Shown here piece by piece: positions 1 to 12,277 of a DNA stretch of 64,000 bases. Positions within the stretch are counted from its first letter, which is position 1; every line of letters begins with the position of its first letter. The position numbers were made by a program, and so were the translations under genes. The notes beneath the pieces are model-generated. The model was not told where the DNA came from. It did no database searches and was given only the letters and a program-made list of their open reading frames with translations. This stretch comes from Nitrospirota bacterium (GTDB taxonomy: Bacteria > Nitrospirota > UBA9217): contig CAWIYV010000011.1 in the NCBI GenBank assembly GCA_963840455.1, positions 416,001 to 480,000 of the forward strand, in the 5' to 3' direction.

Positions 1-356
1 GGCACCCCCCTCTGAGAACGACATAGAGATCCGCATGAACAGTTGGGATGAACCATTGTAAATATAGCACACCTTCTTCTCCTACGAAGGGACAAAAAGG
101 AATGGCACAGCCTGACATCCCAACGTGCCGGAAAGAACAAGTCATAGTGGTATATGGGATTATATGCGGTAAGACTTCGGAATTGACATGGCGCGAGCAC
201 TCAAGAGAGGTTAAAGACAATTTTTTTCATTGCAATTTCATATCCGTAGCCATGGGCTGATCACCGAGCAGTGAACCTTTTAGATAACGCGCTAGCTCGC
301 TATGATGATAGCCGTCGTCCATTCAGTCGCATCTCTTTTCTATCATGTCTTCGATT

Positions 357-2078
357 TCAATATATTTCGAGCTTCCACAGGGTCTCGAAGTTGCAGATAA
401 TGAGGTCCGTTTCCCCGGAGCGGTCCTTCACGATCTCTCCCCGCGCGTTCAGCGTCAATAACAGGTCATTCGCTTTGAGCAGCGATCCGTCATAGCCCGC
501 GTCCTTCAGCCGCGCGATGACCTGTGCCAGGTACTCCCTGCTTTGCTTCTCGTCGATGAGGCCCCGATGGACGGCCTTGACCAGGTCGACTGGCGTGAGC
601 AGCTGGTCCTCGTGTTCCGGCACCCACTCGTCCGGTCCGTTGTAGTATCCCCGGATGGTGATGTAGTTGTGCTCCGCTGCCAGCACGGGATCGCCGTCCA
701 TGTCCACGATGTCCCGGTGGGACTGGTACCGGCCGGGATCGACCGACATCTCCACCTTCAGGCTTCCGGTCACATAGATGGCGCGCACATTCACGGCATG
801 GATCCCCCGCCCGTTTAGGTCCTGGGAGACGGCGGCCTCTTCAAAGGGGCTGTTGACGCCGTGGCGCCTGATCTTTGCGATCTCCTCGGGGCTGAACTTG
901 CTGTCCGTGGGGAACTCGCCGACACGGGAGGTCTCCCAGACGAGGTGGATGTTGTCCTTCGTGACCGTGTAGAACACCTCGTTGAACTGCGACAGGCTGA
1001 GCGATGGCGTCTTCCGCCAGCGCTCCGGCAGGAAGTAATCGAAGAGCCGCCCGTTCCTGCCGACGACCCACATGCGGCCGCCGGTGCTTTCCGCGTGGCC
1101 GAAGACGTAAGGCACGCCGAGGATCTCCGTCCGCGATAGGTGGGACGGCAGGGGCGTGGGCTCCAGCCGGTCCTTCATGTCGTCCAGGTAGGAATGCCGT
1201 CGCGTCGCCTTGACCCGGTCCTCGTGCTCCGGCGTCCGGAAGAGCAGTTCATAGTCGATCACCGAGTACTTCCCCACCTCCAGCAGGTGGTAGATCAGAT
1301 CCACCTGCTTCCGGGCTGCGGCGGGATCGCCATTCGGGCCGGCCTGCTTGATCCGAACACAGTCGTCCTCCTCGATGATGACGTGCTCGGGCTTCATGTC
1401 AGCCATGAGGTATCCTTTGTGCGTCAGGTCGCCGAGCGCCTTCGTCTGCATGGTCTTGAGGTGATGGACGATATCCGGGATGTCGATCTTGATGTGCTCG
1501 AACAGCTCGACCAGGTTCTTGCCCCGGATCCACTCGTACACAAGCTTGTACTGCTTCAGGATGTCGAGGTCCACGCCGGGGTGGCGCGCCTGGATGCGGT
1601 TGATCTTGGACAGTGACCTGCCGCTCTGCCACACCTGCATCCGCTGAGGCGGCACGTAGATGGCAAGAGGCCGCTGCACCTTGACCCACTGGAGCTGCTG
1701 GCCGAAGTACTTGTCGCCCATTTCCATGACCAGGGCGAATTCTTCCCAGGGGCTGTTGAACTCGGCGCTCATGAACTCCTGCAGGGTGTGGGTGTTCAGC
1801 GGGACGTCCTCGCCGACCCGGTTGTGCTTCACCACCAGGTCAAGGCTCGTGCCGTTGATCTGCCGGGTCGGGACGCGGTAGACCGAGCTCGTCCCCAGCA
1901 GCCGTACGCGGTGCTTCGCGAACCAGCTTTCCTCGTACCAATTCTGGATCTCGAGGTGCTCCTGGTGGGGCTCGGCAAACCGGGTAAGATAGAGGTCGCC
2001 GCCGTCCTCAGTCTTCCGATGGAGGTATACGACGCCCAGGACGTTCACGAGGGAGGTATGTTGGGGGGTTGTTCGCAT
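357..2078 (-). CDS. Tandem protein-kinase-like (RIO/Kdo-like fold) protein: one intact-looking and one degenerate domain
   Basis: 573 aa ORF. VVK, ADMKPEH and IDYE motifs in the N-half. Internal duplication (RVGEDVP..NSPWEE vs RVGEFP..NSPFEE). Confidence 0.7.
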   Translation of the reverse strand: MRTTPQHTSLVNVLGVVYLHRKTEDGGDLYLTRFAEPHQEHLEIQNWYEESWFAKHRVRLLGTSSVYRVPTRQINGTSLDLVVKHNRVGEDVPLNTHTLQEFMSAEFNSPWEEFALVMEMGDKYFGQQLQWVKVQRPLAIYVPPQRMQVWQSGRSLSKINRIQARHPGVDLDILKQYKLVYEWIRGKNLVELFEHIKIDIPDIVHHLKTMQTKALGDLTHKGYLMADMKPEHVIIEEDDCVRIKQAGPNGDPAAARKQVDLIYHLLEVGKYSVIDYELLFRTPEHEDRVKATRRHSYLDDMKDRLEPTPLPSHLSRTEILGVPYVFGHAESTGGRMWVVGRNGRLFDYFLPERWRKTPSLSLSQFNEVFYTVTKDNIHLVWETSRVGEFPTDSKFSPEEIAKIRRHGVNSPFEEAAVSQDLNGRGIHAVNVRAIYVTGSLKVEMSVDPGRYQSHRDIVDMDGDPVLAAEHNYITIRGYYNGPDEWVPEHEDQLLTPVDLVKAVHRGLIDEKQSREYLAQVIARLKDAGYDGSLLKANDLLLTLNARGEIVKDRSGETDLIICNFETLWKLEIY

Positions 2079-2149
2079 CTCTTAAAAGGGTCTTCGCCGT
2101 TATGAGTGGGCATAGTATGCCCTACGCTGTTCTTTCTTCTGCGCCAACG

Positions 2150-2265
2150 TTGAAGCTCCGTGCAGCGCGCTGCAGTGAATCTTCGTTCCTCAAGGTAATT
2201 TAGTCATCCTAATCGCTCGCTAACCTCGCAGCAAGCTGCGGGGAATGCGCTCGCCTCTGGATTCA
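2150..2265 (+). mobile_element. Two-hairpin dispersed element, copy 1 (degenerate)
   Basis: TTGAAGCTCC..CTCAAGG..CTAATCGCTCGCTAACC..GCAGCAAGCTGCGGGGAATGCGCTCGC..TGGATTCA, matching five other full copies. Confidence 0.85.
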
Positions 2266-2597
2266 GGCATGCGGTGATGCAGGACCGGGTGAACACATGG
2301 CTGAAAGCTGCGTGTCCGTTAGGAAAAGCGCGGCCGAAACAGGAGATATGGTAAAGAACCTCGATGGTGAACTGGCATGCCAACAAGGCTGAGCGATGAG
2401 CCTCCCAAAAAAACAAATCCCATAGCCCGTTTGGCTGGCCTATGGGCTTACGCAACCCGCCGTTGGTGGAGAAGATCCCTTACAATAATATGGCCGCGAG
2501 GGCGTCAGGGACGGGGGGGCCTGCAGGACCACGGTGCTATCCCCTCAGCCGCTTTGCGCCTCTTGGTTCATGTGGTCCGATCGAACGGACGCCGAAG

Positions 2598-4385
2598 CTA
2601 CCCCAGCCGCTTCTTGAACTCATCCAGCTGTTTCCGGAGACGGGCAGGCAACCGGTTCCCGAAAGTCTTGAAGTGCTGCTCGATGTCCGGTACCTCGGCC
2701 TTCCACTCGGCAAGGTCCACCTGGAGGAGTGCCCGTAGATTTTCCTTCGGGAGATCGAGGCCCGTGAGGTCCAGATCGCCGTCCTTCGGCATCAAGCCGA
2801 TGGGGGTCTCCTTCGCGCCGACCTTCCCGTCCAGACGGTCGCACATCCACTTGAGCGCGCGGCTGTTATCGCTGAATCCGGGCCAGAGGAACCGGCCTTC
2901 CGGGCTCTTCCGGAACCAGTTCACGTAGAAGATCCGCGGGGCCTTCGCCCCGAGCGTGTCGCCCATGGCGAACCAATGGGTGAAATAATCGCCCATGTGG
3001 TAGCCACAGAATGGCTTCATGGCGAAGGGATCGCGCCGGAGATTGCCCACGGCGCCGATGTTCGCCGACGTGGTCTCCGACGCCGCAGTCGCGCCCAGGA
3101 ACACGCCGTGGTCCCATGAATATGCCTCGGACACCAGCGGCACCACGCTGCTCCTCCTGCCGCCGAAGATGATGATGTCGATGGGCACGCCCTCGGGGTT
3201 CTCCCAGTCCGGGCAGATGACCGGGCACTGCCGGGCCGGCGCGGTGAAGCGCGCGTTCGCATGGGCGGCGTCCTCGCGGTTCGCCGGCGTCCAGTCGCGG
3301 CCCTTCCAGTCGATCACGTGGACCGGCGTGGGTCCGCTTATGCCCTCCCACCATACGTCACCGTCGTCCGTAAGCGCGCAGTTCGTGAAGATGACATTCT
3401 CCTTCAGGGTGTCCATGGCCATGGGGTTGGTTTCGTAGGACGTACCGGGCGCGACGCCGAAGAAGCCCGCTTCGGGGTTGATGGCGTGCAGCCGGTCGTC
3501 GTTCCGGATCTTCATCCAAGCGATGTCGTCGCCGATGCACTCGCACTTCCAGCCCTTGAGGGACGGCTGCATCATGGCCAGGTTCGTCTTGCCGCAGGCC
3601 GAGGGGAACGCGGCAGCAATATGATAGCGCTTGCCTGCCGGGTTCGTAAGCCGCAGGATCAACATGTGCTCCGCCATCCAGCCTTCCCGCCGCGCCATGT
3701 TCGTTGCGATGCGCAGCGCCAGGCACTTCTTCCCGAGCAGGGCGTTCCCGCCGTAGCCCGAGCCGTAGGACCAGATCAGGTTCTCCTCAGGGAAGTGGCT
3801 GATGTACTTCTTCTCGATGGGCGCGCAGGGCCAGGCGCTATCCTTCTGCCCTTTCTCGAGCGGCGCCCCGATGGAATGCAGGCACGGGATGAACTCGCCG
3901 GTTGCTCCCAGCACCTCGAGCACCTTCGTCCCCACGCGCGTCATGATGTGCATGTTGCAGACCACGTAGGGGCTGTCGGTCAGCTCGACGCCGATCTTCG
4001 AGATCGGCGATCCGATGGGCCCCATGGAGAACGGGATGACATACATCGTCCTGCCTTTCATGCAGCCGGCATACAACCCCCGCATGGTCTTCTTGAGCTC
4101 GTCGGGATGGACCCAGTTGTTCGTGGGGCCTGCCTCGTCCTGGGAGCGCGTGCTGATATAGGTGCGGTCCTCTACGCGTGCCACGTCGCTGGGATCGGTG
4201 CGGAAGAGGTGGCTATTGGGCCGCTTCTTGAGCGGGATCGCCATGCCGCGCTCTGTGAGAAGCGCCATCATCCGGTCGTACTCGGCCTTCGATCCGTCGC
4301 ACCAGTAAAGAGAATCAGGCGTGCAGAGGTCGGCCACCTCCTTCACCCAGGTGTTCAGCTTCGCGTGCTTTGAACCATTCATCAT
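2598..4385 (-). CDS. pckG: Phosphoenolpyruvate carboxykinase (GTP)
   Basis: [18 protein letters not shown] and [12 protein letters not shown] motifs. Start trimmed to MMNGSKH. Confidence 0.96.
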   Translation of the reverse strand: MMNGSKHAKLNTWVKEVADLCTPDSLYWCDGSKAEYDRMMALLTERGMAIPLKKRPNSHLFRTDPSDVARVEDRTYISTRSQDEAGPTNNWVHPDELKKTMRGLYAGCMKGRTMYVIPFSMGPIGSPISKIGVELTDSPYVVCNMHIMTRVGTKVLEVLGATGEFIPCLHSIGAPLEKGQKDSAWPCAPIEKKYISHFPEENLIWSYGSGYGGNALLGKKCLALRIATNMARREGWMAEHMLILRLTNPAGKRYHIAAAFPSACGKTNLAMMQPSLKGWKCECIGDDIAWMKIRNDDRLHAINPEAGFFGVAPGTSYETNPMAMDTLKENVIFTNCALTDDGDVWWEGISGPTPVHVIDWKGRDWTPANREDAAHANARFTAPARQCPVICPDWENPEGVPIDIIIFGGRRSSVVPLVSEAYSWDHGVFLGATAASETTSANIGAVGNLRRDPFAMKPFCGYHMGDYFTHWFAMGDTLGAKAPRIFYVNWFRKSPEGRFLWPGFSDNSRALKWMCDRLDGKVGAKETPIGLMPKDGDLDLTGLDLPKENLRALLQVDLAEWKAEVPDIEQHFKTFGNRLPARLRKQLDEFKKRLG

Positions 4386-4580
4386 GAGGGACTCCTTGTG
4401 TGCTTTACGGAAGCGCAATGCGCGGTCTTCCGAGAGGGATATAATAGGACATTCCTGCGAGCGCGTCAAGAGCTCAGGCAGGTGCGATCGGACGTGCTGA
4501 TGAGAGCGGGAAGGATATCAACCCTGTTGCGTCGGTCCCGCTGGGAGGGTATGATGGTGCCGAACGATAAGGAGGGCGCT

Positions 4581-4760
4581 GTGGGAGACCTACGGGAAAA
4601 GATACTGGAAGCGGTCAGGAATGCCGCGGTCGGCGGCAGGCTGTCATGCGACAAGGCCCACGAGCTGGGGACAAAGTTCGATATCCCCCTGCAGGAGATC
4701 GGAAGGGTCTGCAATGAGCTGAACATCAGGATCAAGGACTGCCAGCTCGGCTGTTTCTGA
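4581..4760 (+). CDS. Small conserved Cys-containing protein ending CQLGCF
   Basis: AAGGAGG RBS before GTG at 4581. 59 aa with LSC..A and C-terminal IKDCQLGCF. Confidence 0.75.
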   Translation: MGDLREKILEAVRNAAVGGRLSCDKAHELGTKFDIPLQEIGRVCNELNIRIKDCQLGCF

Positions 4761-4764
4761 CAGC

Positions 4765-5973
4765 CTAGGGAAGCCCCTTGCGATCTGTGGTGCTCACGGC
4801 GGGCATCCCGCAGCCTTCAGCGTAACAGACGACGCGGTTCTTGCCGGACGCCTTGGCTTGGTACAGGGCGATGTCCGCCTCGTTGATCAGCTCCGTGATG
4901 GACTTCTGCTTGTCCCCTGACATGCAGGATACACCGAGGCTGACGCTGACGATCTCCGTCGGGTGGCTGACCTTCACGGTAAAGGGATATTCGTCGACCG
5001 CCTTGCGGATACGTTCCGCGACGGCCTCGGCCTCCTCCATCGTGGTCTCGGTCAAGAGGATCGAGAACTCCTCCCCGCCGTACCGGAAGCAGATGTCGGT
5101 GCTGTCGGTACGGCATGCTGTCCTGAGCAACGGTCCCATCTGGGCGATCAGCCTGCTCCCCTCCAGGTGGCCATACCGGTCATTGACCCGCTTGAAATCA
5201 TCGATGTCGATCATGATGAATGAGAATGCCCTGCCCGTGCGGATCTTCCTCCGCACTTCTTCGGTCAGTTTTTCCATGAGCACCCGATAGTTCAGGAGGC
5301 CGGTGAGCTCGTCCACGCGGGACAGCTCGAGCGTCTTCCGGAAGAGCTCGGCCTTCTCGAACCCCGCCGAGATCAGCGGCGACAGCGTCCGGATGGTGTC
5401 GAGGTCATCTACCCGGAAGGCACGGGGTTCGCTATGGCTGAAGCCCATGACGCCGATCACGCGGCTCTCATTCTTGAGGGCGATGCCCAGGTAGCTGCCG
5501 GGTTTCTGCCGCTCCTCGGGATACTGGAGAAATCCTTCGTAGAGGGCCGCATCCTGCAGAAAGATCGACTCGCCGGTCGATGCGATGTTCCCCGGCGCGC
5601 CGTTGTCATAGTAGACCGTATCAAGCACGGCTTTCCGGAAACTCGGCCCACTATAATAGAACGGATCGAGCCCGGTCATGTCCTTCTTGACGGTATAGAC
5701 GGCGGCGTCCTCGAAGGGGACTTCCTTGTTGATGACAGAGATGATCTTCTTGATGAGTTCGAAGGGTTCGGTCTCGGAGGCGATGATCCTTCCCGCCTCG
5801 TAGAACAGGTGGTTCTCGGTCAGCTTCCGGTGAAAGAGGGCCTTGTAATCACGTCTTGCCGCCGTCTTCGGAGGAGCAGCGGCGGTCTTTTTCCGCGACA
5901 ATGCCTTGCTGGCCGCATTCTTCTTTGCTGCCGGTTTGCGGAGAACGGATTTTCTTCGCTTTTTCGTAGGCAT
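4765..5973 (-). CDS. GAF-domain diguanylate cyclase with Lys/Arg-rich N-terminal tail
   Basis: DELTGLLN, MIDIDDFKRVND and RYGGEEF. GAF region upstream. Confidence 0.92.
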   Translation of the reverse strand: MPTKKRRKSVLRKPAAKKNAASKALSRKKTAAAPPKTAARRDYKALFHRKLTENHLFYEAGRIIASETEPFELIKKIISVINKEVPFEDAAVYTVKKDMTGLDPFYYSGPSFRKAVLDTVYYDNGAPGNIASTGESIFLQDAALYEGFLQYPEERQKPGSYLGIALKNESRVIGVMGFSHSEPRAFRVDDLDTIRTLSPLISAGFEKAELFRKTLELSRVDELTGLLNYRVLMEKLTEEVRRKIRTGRAFSFIMIDIDDFKRVNDRYGHLEGSRLIAQMGPLLRTACRTDSTDICFRYGGEEFSILLTETTMEEAEAVAERIRKAVDEYPFTVKVSHPTEIVSVSLGVSCMSGDKQKSITELINEADIALYQAKASGKNRVVCYAEGCGMPAVSTTDRKGLP

Positions 5974-6101
5974 CTCGTCTCAGGTGCTCATGGCCGTAAT
6001 AGAACGATCCAAGGATATTTCAACATAGGACTTATTATATCACATATTATTTGTTTTTTACAACTATAGTTTTATGATGTGAGGCCTTCCAGTGAATCCT
6101 T

Positions 6102-8699
<2,598 letters not shown>

Positions 8700-8737
8700 G
8701 GCATCCTCCCAACGCCGAACTCCACACCTCGAATTTC

Positions 8738-9115
8738 CTACTCGCCCCGTTTCACCGTGATCCGCCGGACCGGCACGAGAGCATTCCGGGCCTCTTCTCG
8801 ACGGGCGATCTCGCGCTCGAGCTCCCCGCGGAGCTCGATGATGGCCTCCTCCATTTCGCGCTGCATCTGCTCCATCTTCTCGCGCATGGAAAGGATCACC
8901 TCCACCCCTGCCAGGTTCACCCCCAGCTCCCGGGTGAGCCGCAGGACCATTTCAAGTCGTTCCACATCCTCCTCGGAATACAAGCGGGTGTTCCCGCCGC
9001 TTCGCTTCGGCTTGATGAACCCTTCCCGTTCGTAGATCCTGAGCGTCTGGGGATGGATTCCCAGCATCTCCGACACGACGCTTATCATATACAGTTTATG
9101 TTCCCGCATAGCCAT
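8738..9115 (-). CDS. hspR: HspR-type MerR-family heat-shock repressor
   Basis: [22 protein letters not shown] and [12 protein letters not shown]. Lies between dnaJ and clpB. Confidence 0.9.
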   Translation of the reverse strand: MAMREHKLYMISVVSEMLGIHPQTLRIYEREGFIKPKRSGGNTRLYSEEDVERLEMVLRLTRELGVNLAGVEVILSMREKMEQMQREMEEAIIELRGELEREIARREEARNALVPVRRITVKRGE

Positions 9116-9212
9116 ATCTGCAACCTCTGCGAATTGTCCTTACAATGCCGTTATTCTCATTATCGGACTTGATCAGATATTATCCTCGTTCCATTTGCTT
9201 CCGGCAGGCTTG

Positions 9213-9262
9213 TTGAATCTCGCCGCGGCAAGCTGCGGGGTTCGCGCTCGATCCTGGATCCA
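9213..9262 (+). repeat. Collapsed single-hairpin derivative of the dispersed element
   Basis: TTGAATCTCGCCGCGGCAAGCTGCGGGGTTCGCGCTCGATCCTGGATCCA = left end + one hairpin + right end. Confidence 0.7.
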
Positions 9263-9274
9263 TTCTTCTACCCA

Positions 9275-10423
9275 TTATCTTTTTCTGAATCCCCGGAACG
9301 TGACCTCCTGCCGCGGATTCATCGGATGCAGCCGGTCGAGCTCGAGCAAGAGCTCCTTGCCGCGTTCGGCAAGCCCCGTCGGGGTGACGACCTTGATCGT
9401 GACGTAATGGTCTCCCACGCCGGCTCCGCCGAAGTTCGGCACACCCTTTCCTTTCAGCTTCAACTGCTGGCCGGTCTGGACGCCGGGCGGAAGGCTCAAC
9501 ATGACCATGCCGTCAACAGTCGGCACCTCGACCTTCTCCCCCAACGAAGCCTCTTTCACCGTCACCTTAGCCTCGGAATAGAGATTGTCCCCCCTGCGTT
9601 CGAAGTAATGGTGCGGCCTCACCCGCGTGATGATATAGACATCGCCGGGAGGCCCGCCGCTCACACCCGCCGCGCCCATGCCGGCCATGCGCACCTTGGA
9701 CCCGTTGTCCACGCCCGGAGGGATCTTCACGTTAATGCGCTCCGACCGGGTGGTCACGCCGCTGCCGCTGCAGTTCGTGCAGGGATCGGCGTTGATGGTC
9801 CCGGCGCCCTGGCAGGCAGGGCAGGTCTGCGAAAAATGCATGAATCCCTTTCCCTGGGTGATGCTCCCGGCCCCGTTGCATGTCGGACAGGTGCGCGGCG
9901 ATGATCCCGGCTTGGCACCGCTCCCGCCACAGACAGCACAGCTCACCTCGCGCTGAAGGTCAACCTGCATGGTCCTTCCGAAGATTGCGTCCTCGAGATC
10001 GACCTCGACGGTATAGGTTATGTCCTCGCCCTTTTGCGGACCCCGCGGCCGCGCACCCCGTCCGCCGAAAAGGTCGGCAAAGATGTCCTCATACCCGCCC
10101 CCGCCGCGGCCGAACTGCTCGGCACCCGGGCCTCTGAATCCCTCGAACCCGAATCCCTGTCCTGGTCCGGGACCCTGTCCGAAGCCCTGCTCGAACGCTA
10201 CATGGCCGAACTGGTCGTACTGCTTGCGCTTCTTCGGATCGGACAGGACCTCGTACGCCTCGTTCAGCTCCTTGAACTTCTGTTCCGAGGTCTTATCTCC
10301 GGGATTCACATCGGGATGGAATTTTCGCGCAAGCTTCCTGAAGGCCTTCTTAAGCTCAGCCTCGGTCGCTTTCTTGTTAACCCCGAGAATATCGTAGTAG
10401 TCTCTTTTCTCTGTCGTTGCCAT
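9275..10423 (-). CDS. dnaJ: Chaperone DnaJ (class A)
   Basis: HPD J-domain, G/F region and four CxxCxGxG repeats. GAGG RBS before ATG 10423. Confidence 0.96.
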   Translation of the reverse strand: MATTEKRDYYDILGVNKKATEAELKKAFRKLARKFHPDVNPGDKTSEQKFKELNEAYEVLSDPKKRKQYDQFGHVAFEQGFGQGPGPGQGFGFEGFRGPGAEQFGRGGGGYEDIFADLFGGRGARPRGPQKGEDITYTVEVDLEDAIFGRTMQVDLQREVSCAVCGGSGAKPGSSPRTCPTCNGAGSITQGKGFMHFSQTCPACQGAGTINADPCTNCSGSGVTTRSERINVKIPPGVDNGSKVRMAGMGAAGVSGGPPGDVYIITRVRPHHYFERRGDNLYSEAKVTVKEASLGEKVEVPTVDGMVMLSLPPGVQTGQQLKLKGKGVPNFGGAGVGDHYVTIKVVTPTGLAERGKELLLELDRLHPMNPRQEVTFRGFRKR

Positions 10424-10449
10424 GGTTACCTCAATATGATAGTATTGCA

Positions 10450-10479
10450 ATTATAAAATATGAGCGCAACATTGTCAAG
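10450..10479 (-). promoter_or_regulatory. Consensus sigma70 promoter of dnaJ-hspR-clpB, overlapped by a HAIR-like operator
   Basis: Minus strand TTGACA-17nt-TATAAT. CTTGACA-N7-GCTCATA resembles HAIR (CTTGAGT-N7-ACTCAAG). Confidence 0.8.
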
Positions 10480-10507
10480 TTTATGATAAAAAAATATAAC
10501 ATATTGA

Positions 10508-11197
10508 TTATTTTATTATTTTTAGCATATCTTTTGCTTCATCGCCAATCTGCATGGAAATGAAGTTGTTCCCCTGATACACCCAGGCCTCTCCCTTGTC
10601 TGAAATCAGCTTATCCAGGGACAAGTTGATCCGCTCACCGTATTCACGGCTCCAGATACCGTTGCTATTCGCCCATGGCCAGAGCAGCCTGACAAGTCCG
10701 ATGCCCCGGACTTTGACCAGTGGGTCTCTGTCAGCAAGGGACATGATGACGATCTTCTGATAAGGCGCTGCCAGCTTCGGCGCTGTCTCGGCGACCCTGG
10801 CGAGCGCGTAGAGCACGCCGGCACGGAACACGTCCTCCTCCACGTCATAGGCCGACGCGATAAGCGGGATGAAATCCTTAAATCGCGCCGGATCGGCGCT
10901 CACGATCTCTCCGAGCATCTCAGGAGCTGACCATCCGATACCGCCGGACTCGTCCGTCAGCGACCACAGCAGCTTCCGGCAGGTCTCGCGCAGGAACTCG
11001 TAGTCGCTCCTGACCAGCACTCGCGCCACGAGCCCCATGGCCTTGATCGCCCGCCATCCAACCAGCGTCTCCTTGTCGTAGGCAAGACGGACGAGGCGGC
11101 TCAGGACCGTCCGGTCACTAGCAGCGAGGGCTACGACAGCATCGAGGTCATTGGACCCCAGGGCAAAAAGGATGTTCTTTTTTAATGCGTGAGGCAT
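10508..11197 (-). CDS. HEAT/PBS-lyase-like repeat protein (DVU0298-like)
   Basis: RKLLWSLTDESGGIGWSAPEMLGEI motif and helical repeats. Confidence 0.75.
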   Translation of the reverse strand: MPHALKKNILFALGSNDLDAVVALAASDRTVLSRLVRLAYDKETLVGWRAIKAMGLVARVLVRSDYEFLRETCRKLLWSLTDESGGIGWSAPEMLGEIVSADPARFKDFIPLIASAYDVEEDVFRAGVLYALARVAETAPKLAAPYQKIVIMSLADRDPLVKVRGIGLVRLLWPWANSNGIWSREYGERINLSLDKLISDKGEAWVYQGNNFISMQIGDEAKDMLKIIK

Positions 11198-11223
11198 AAG
11201 AGTGCTAACAACTGAAAACGTCT

Positions 11224-11252
11224 AAAAAAAATGCGCCCCAATGGGCGCATTT
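11224..11252 (-). terminator. Intrinsic terminator after the pil operon/lipoprotein gene
   Basis: AAATGCGCCC/GGGCGCATTT stem followed by a T-run on the minus strand. Confidence 0.8.
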
Positions 11253-11292
11253 GTGTACAAGCTGTGAATTCAATTGTTCTGGGCTTTTTTTA

Positions 11293-12138
11293 TCAAAAGT
11301 TTATAGTAAATTTACTGAAAGCGGACCCGGATGTGGCTTGCGCTGTGCCAATTACGCTGTTCAGGCTCAATCCAGTAGTATTGCATGCAGCTCCAAAGCA
11401 AGGTGCTGTGGTCGGCGTATTAGATCCTGTATCGACAAATGTCAATGGGTCCCCGCTCGGATTCAATATAGTGATGAGCGCTCCTACAGAACCGACTTTT
11501 CTCCCATATACCGTGTAACCCGTGGCCCCCGGTACAGCGGCCCAAGACACCGTCACACTCCCGGTTGCCGTCGTCGGCGTACTATTGGTCACTACAGCAC
11601 TGACCAGCGCCGTAGCTTCCGTTTCTCCAGCAAAATCCAAAGCAGTGACCGTATAAGAATACGTCCCATCAGCCAGCGTTCCACCAGTTGCCGAGCCGGT
11701 AGCTGTTTGGTTAAACGGTACATGAATCGGGTTGAAATCGAAATAAGGCGCGGTAATTGCAAAATCCATAAATCCAAAATCGCCCGTTTTCCGAGTAACG
11801 GAAATTGAATTTGGCGCCGACACTATTGCGCTTGGGTCCCCAAACTTAATGGATTGACCGCTTGTGAACGAGCCCAATATATTCACATTTAGATCGTTTA
11901 AGGGGAAACCGGCTTCGTCAGCAAGGGTAATACGATAGGTCTGCGTTTTTGTTGTAGTCGTTGTGACAGTTGGATTAGTTATCGGGCCATTTACAACAAG
12001 GCCTAATGATTCCACTTTTATGGTTGAATTACCCGGCGCGGTATCTGGGCCACACGCTGTAAGCTGGATAGTGGCAACTGCCATGAAGAGCAGCAGGACG
12101 AGCCGGAACATCGTCTTTTTGTTGATGGCCATGTTCAT
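11293..12138 (-). CDS. Thr-rich beta-sandwich (Ig/FN3-like) lipoprotein, lower GC than neighbours
   Basis: Lipobox LTAC. GTYSYTVTA..VTVSW..GATGYTVY pattern. AGGAGG RBS. Confidence 0.75.
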   Translation of the reverse strand: MNMAINKKTMFRLVLLLFMAVATIQLTACGPDTAPGNSTIKVESLGLVVNGPITNPTVTTTTTKTQTYRITLADEAGFPLNDLNVNILGSFTSGQSIKFGDPSAIVSAPNSISVTRKTGDFGFMDFAITAPYFDFNPIHVPFNQTATGSATGGTLADGTYSYTVTALDFAGETEATALVSAVVTNSTPTTATGSVTVSWAAVPGATGYTVYGRKVGSVGALITILNPSGDPLTFVDTGSNTPTTAPCFGAACNTTGLSLNSVIGTAQATSGSAFSKFTINF

Positions 12139-12277
12139 AACGTCATAACCTCCTTGCCTCTATGCTTTCCGAAAATACTGCGATAATTTACCACTTTCAA
12201 ATATGCGCAAGCTACATAAGAATGCAGCGGCCGTCTCTTTCCATTACCCGGTCAGTGGTCCTTCTGCTCCCCCGTGC

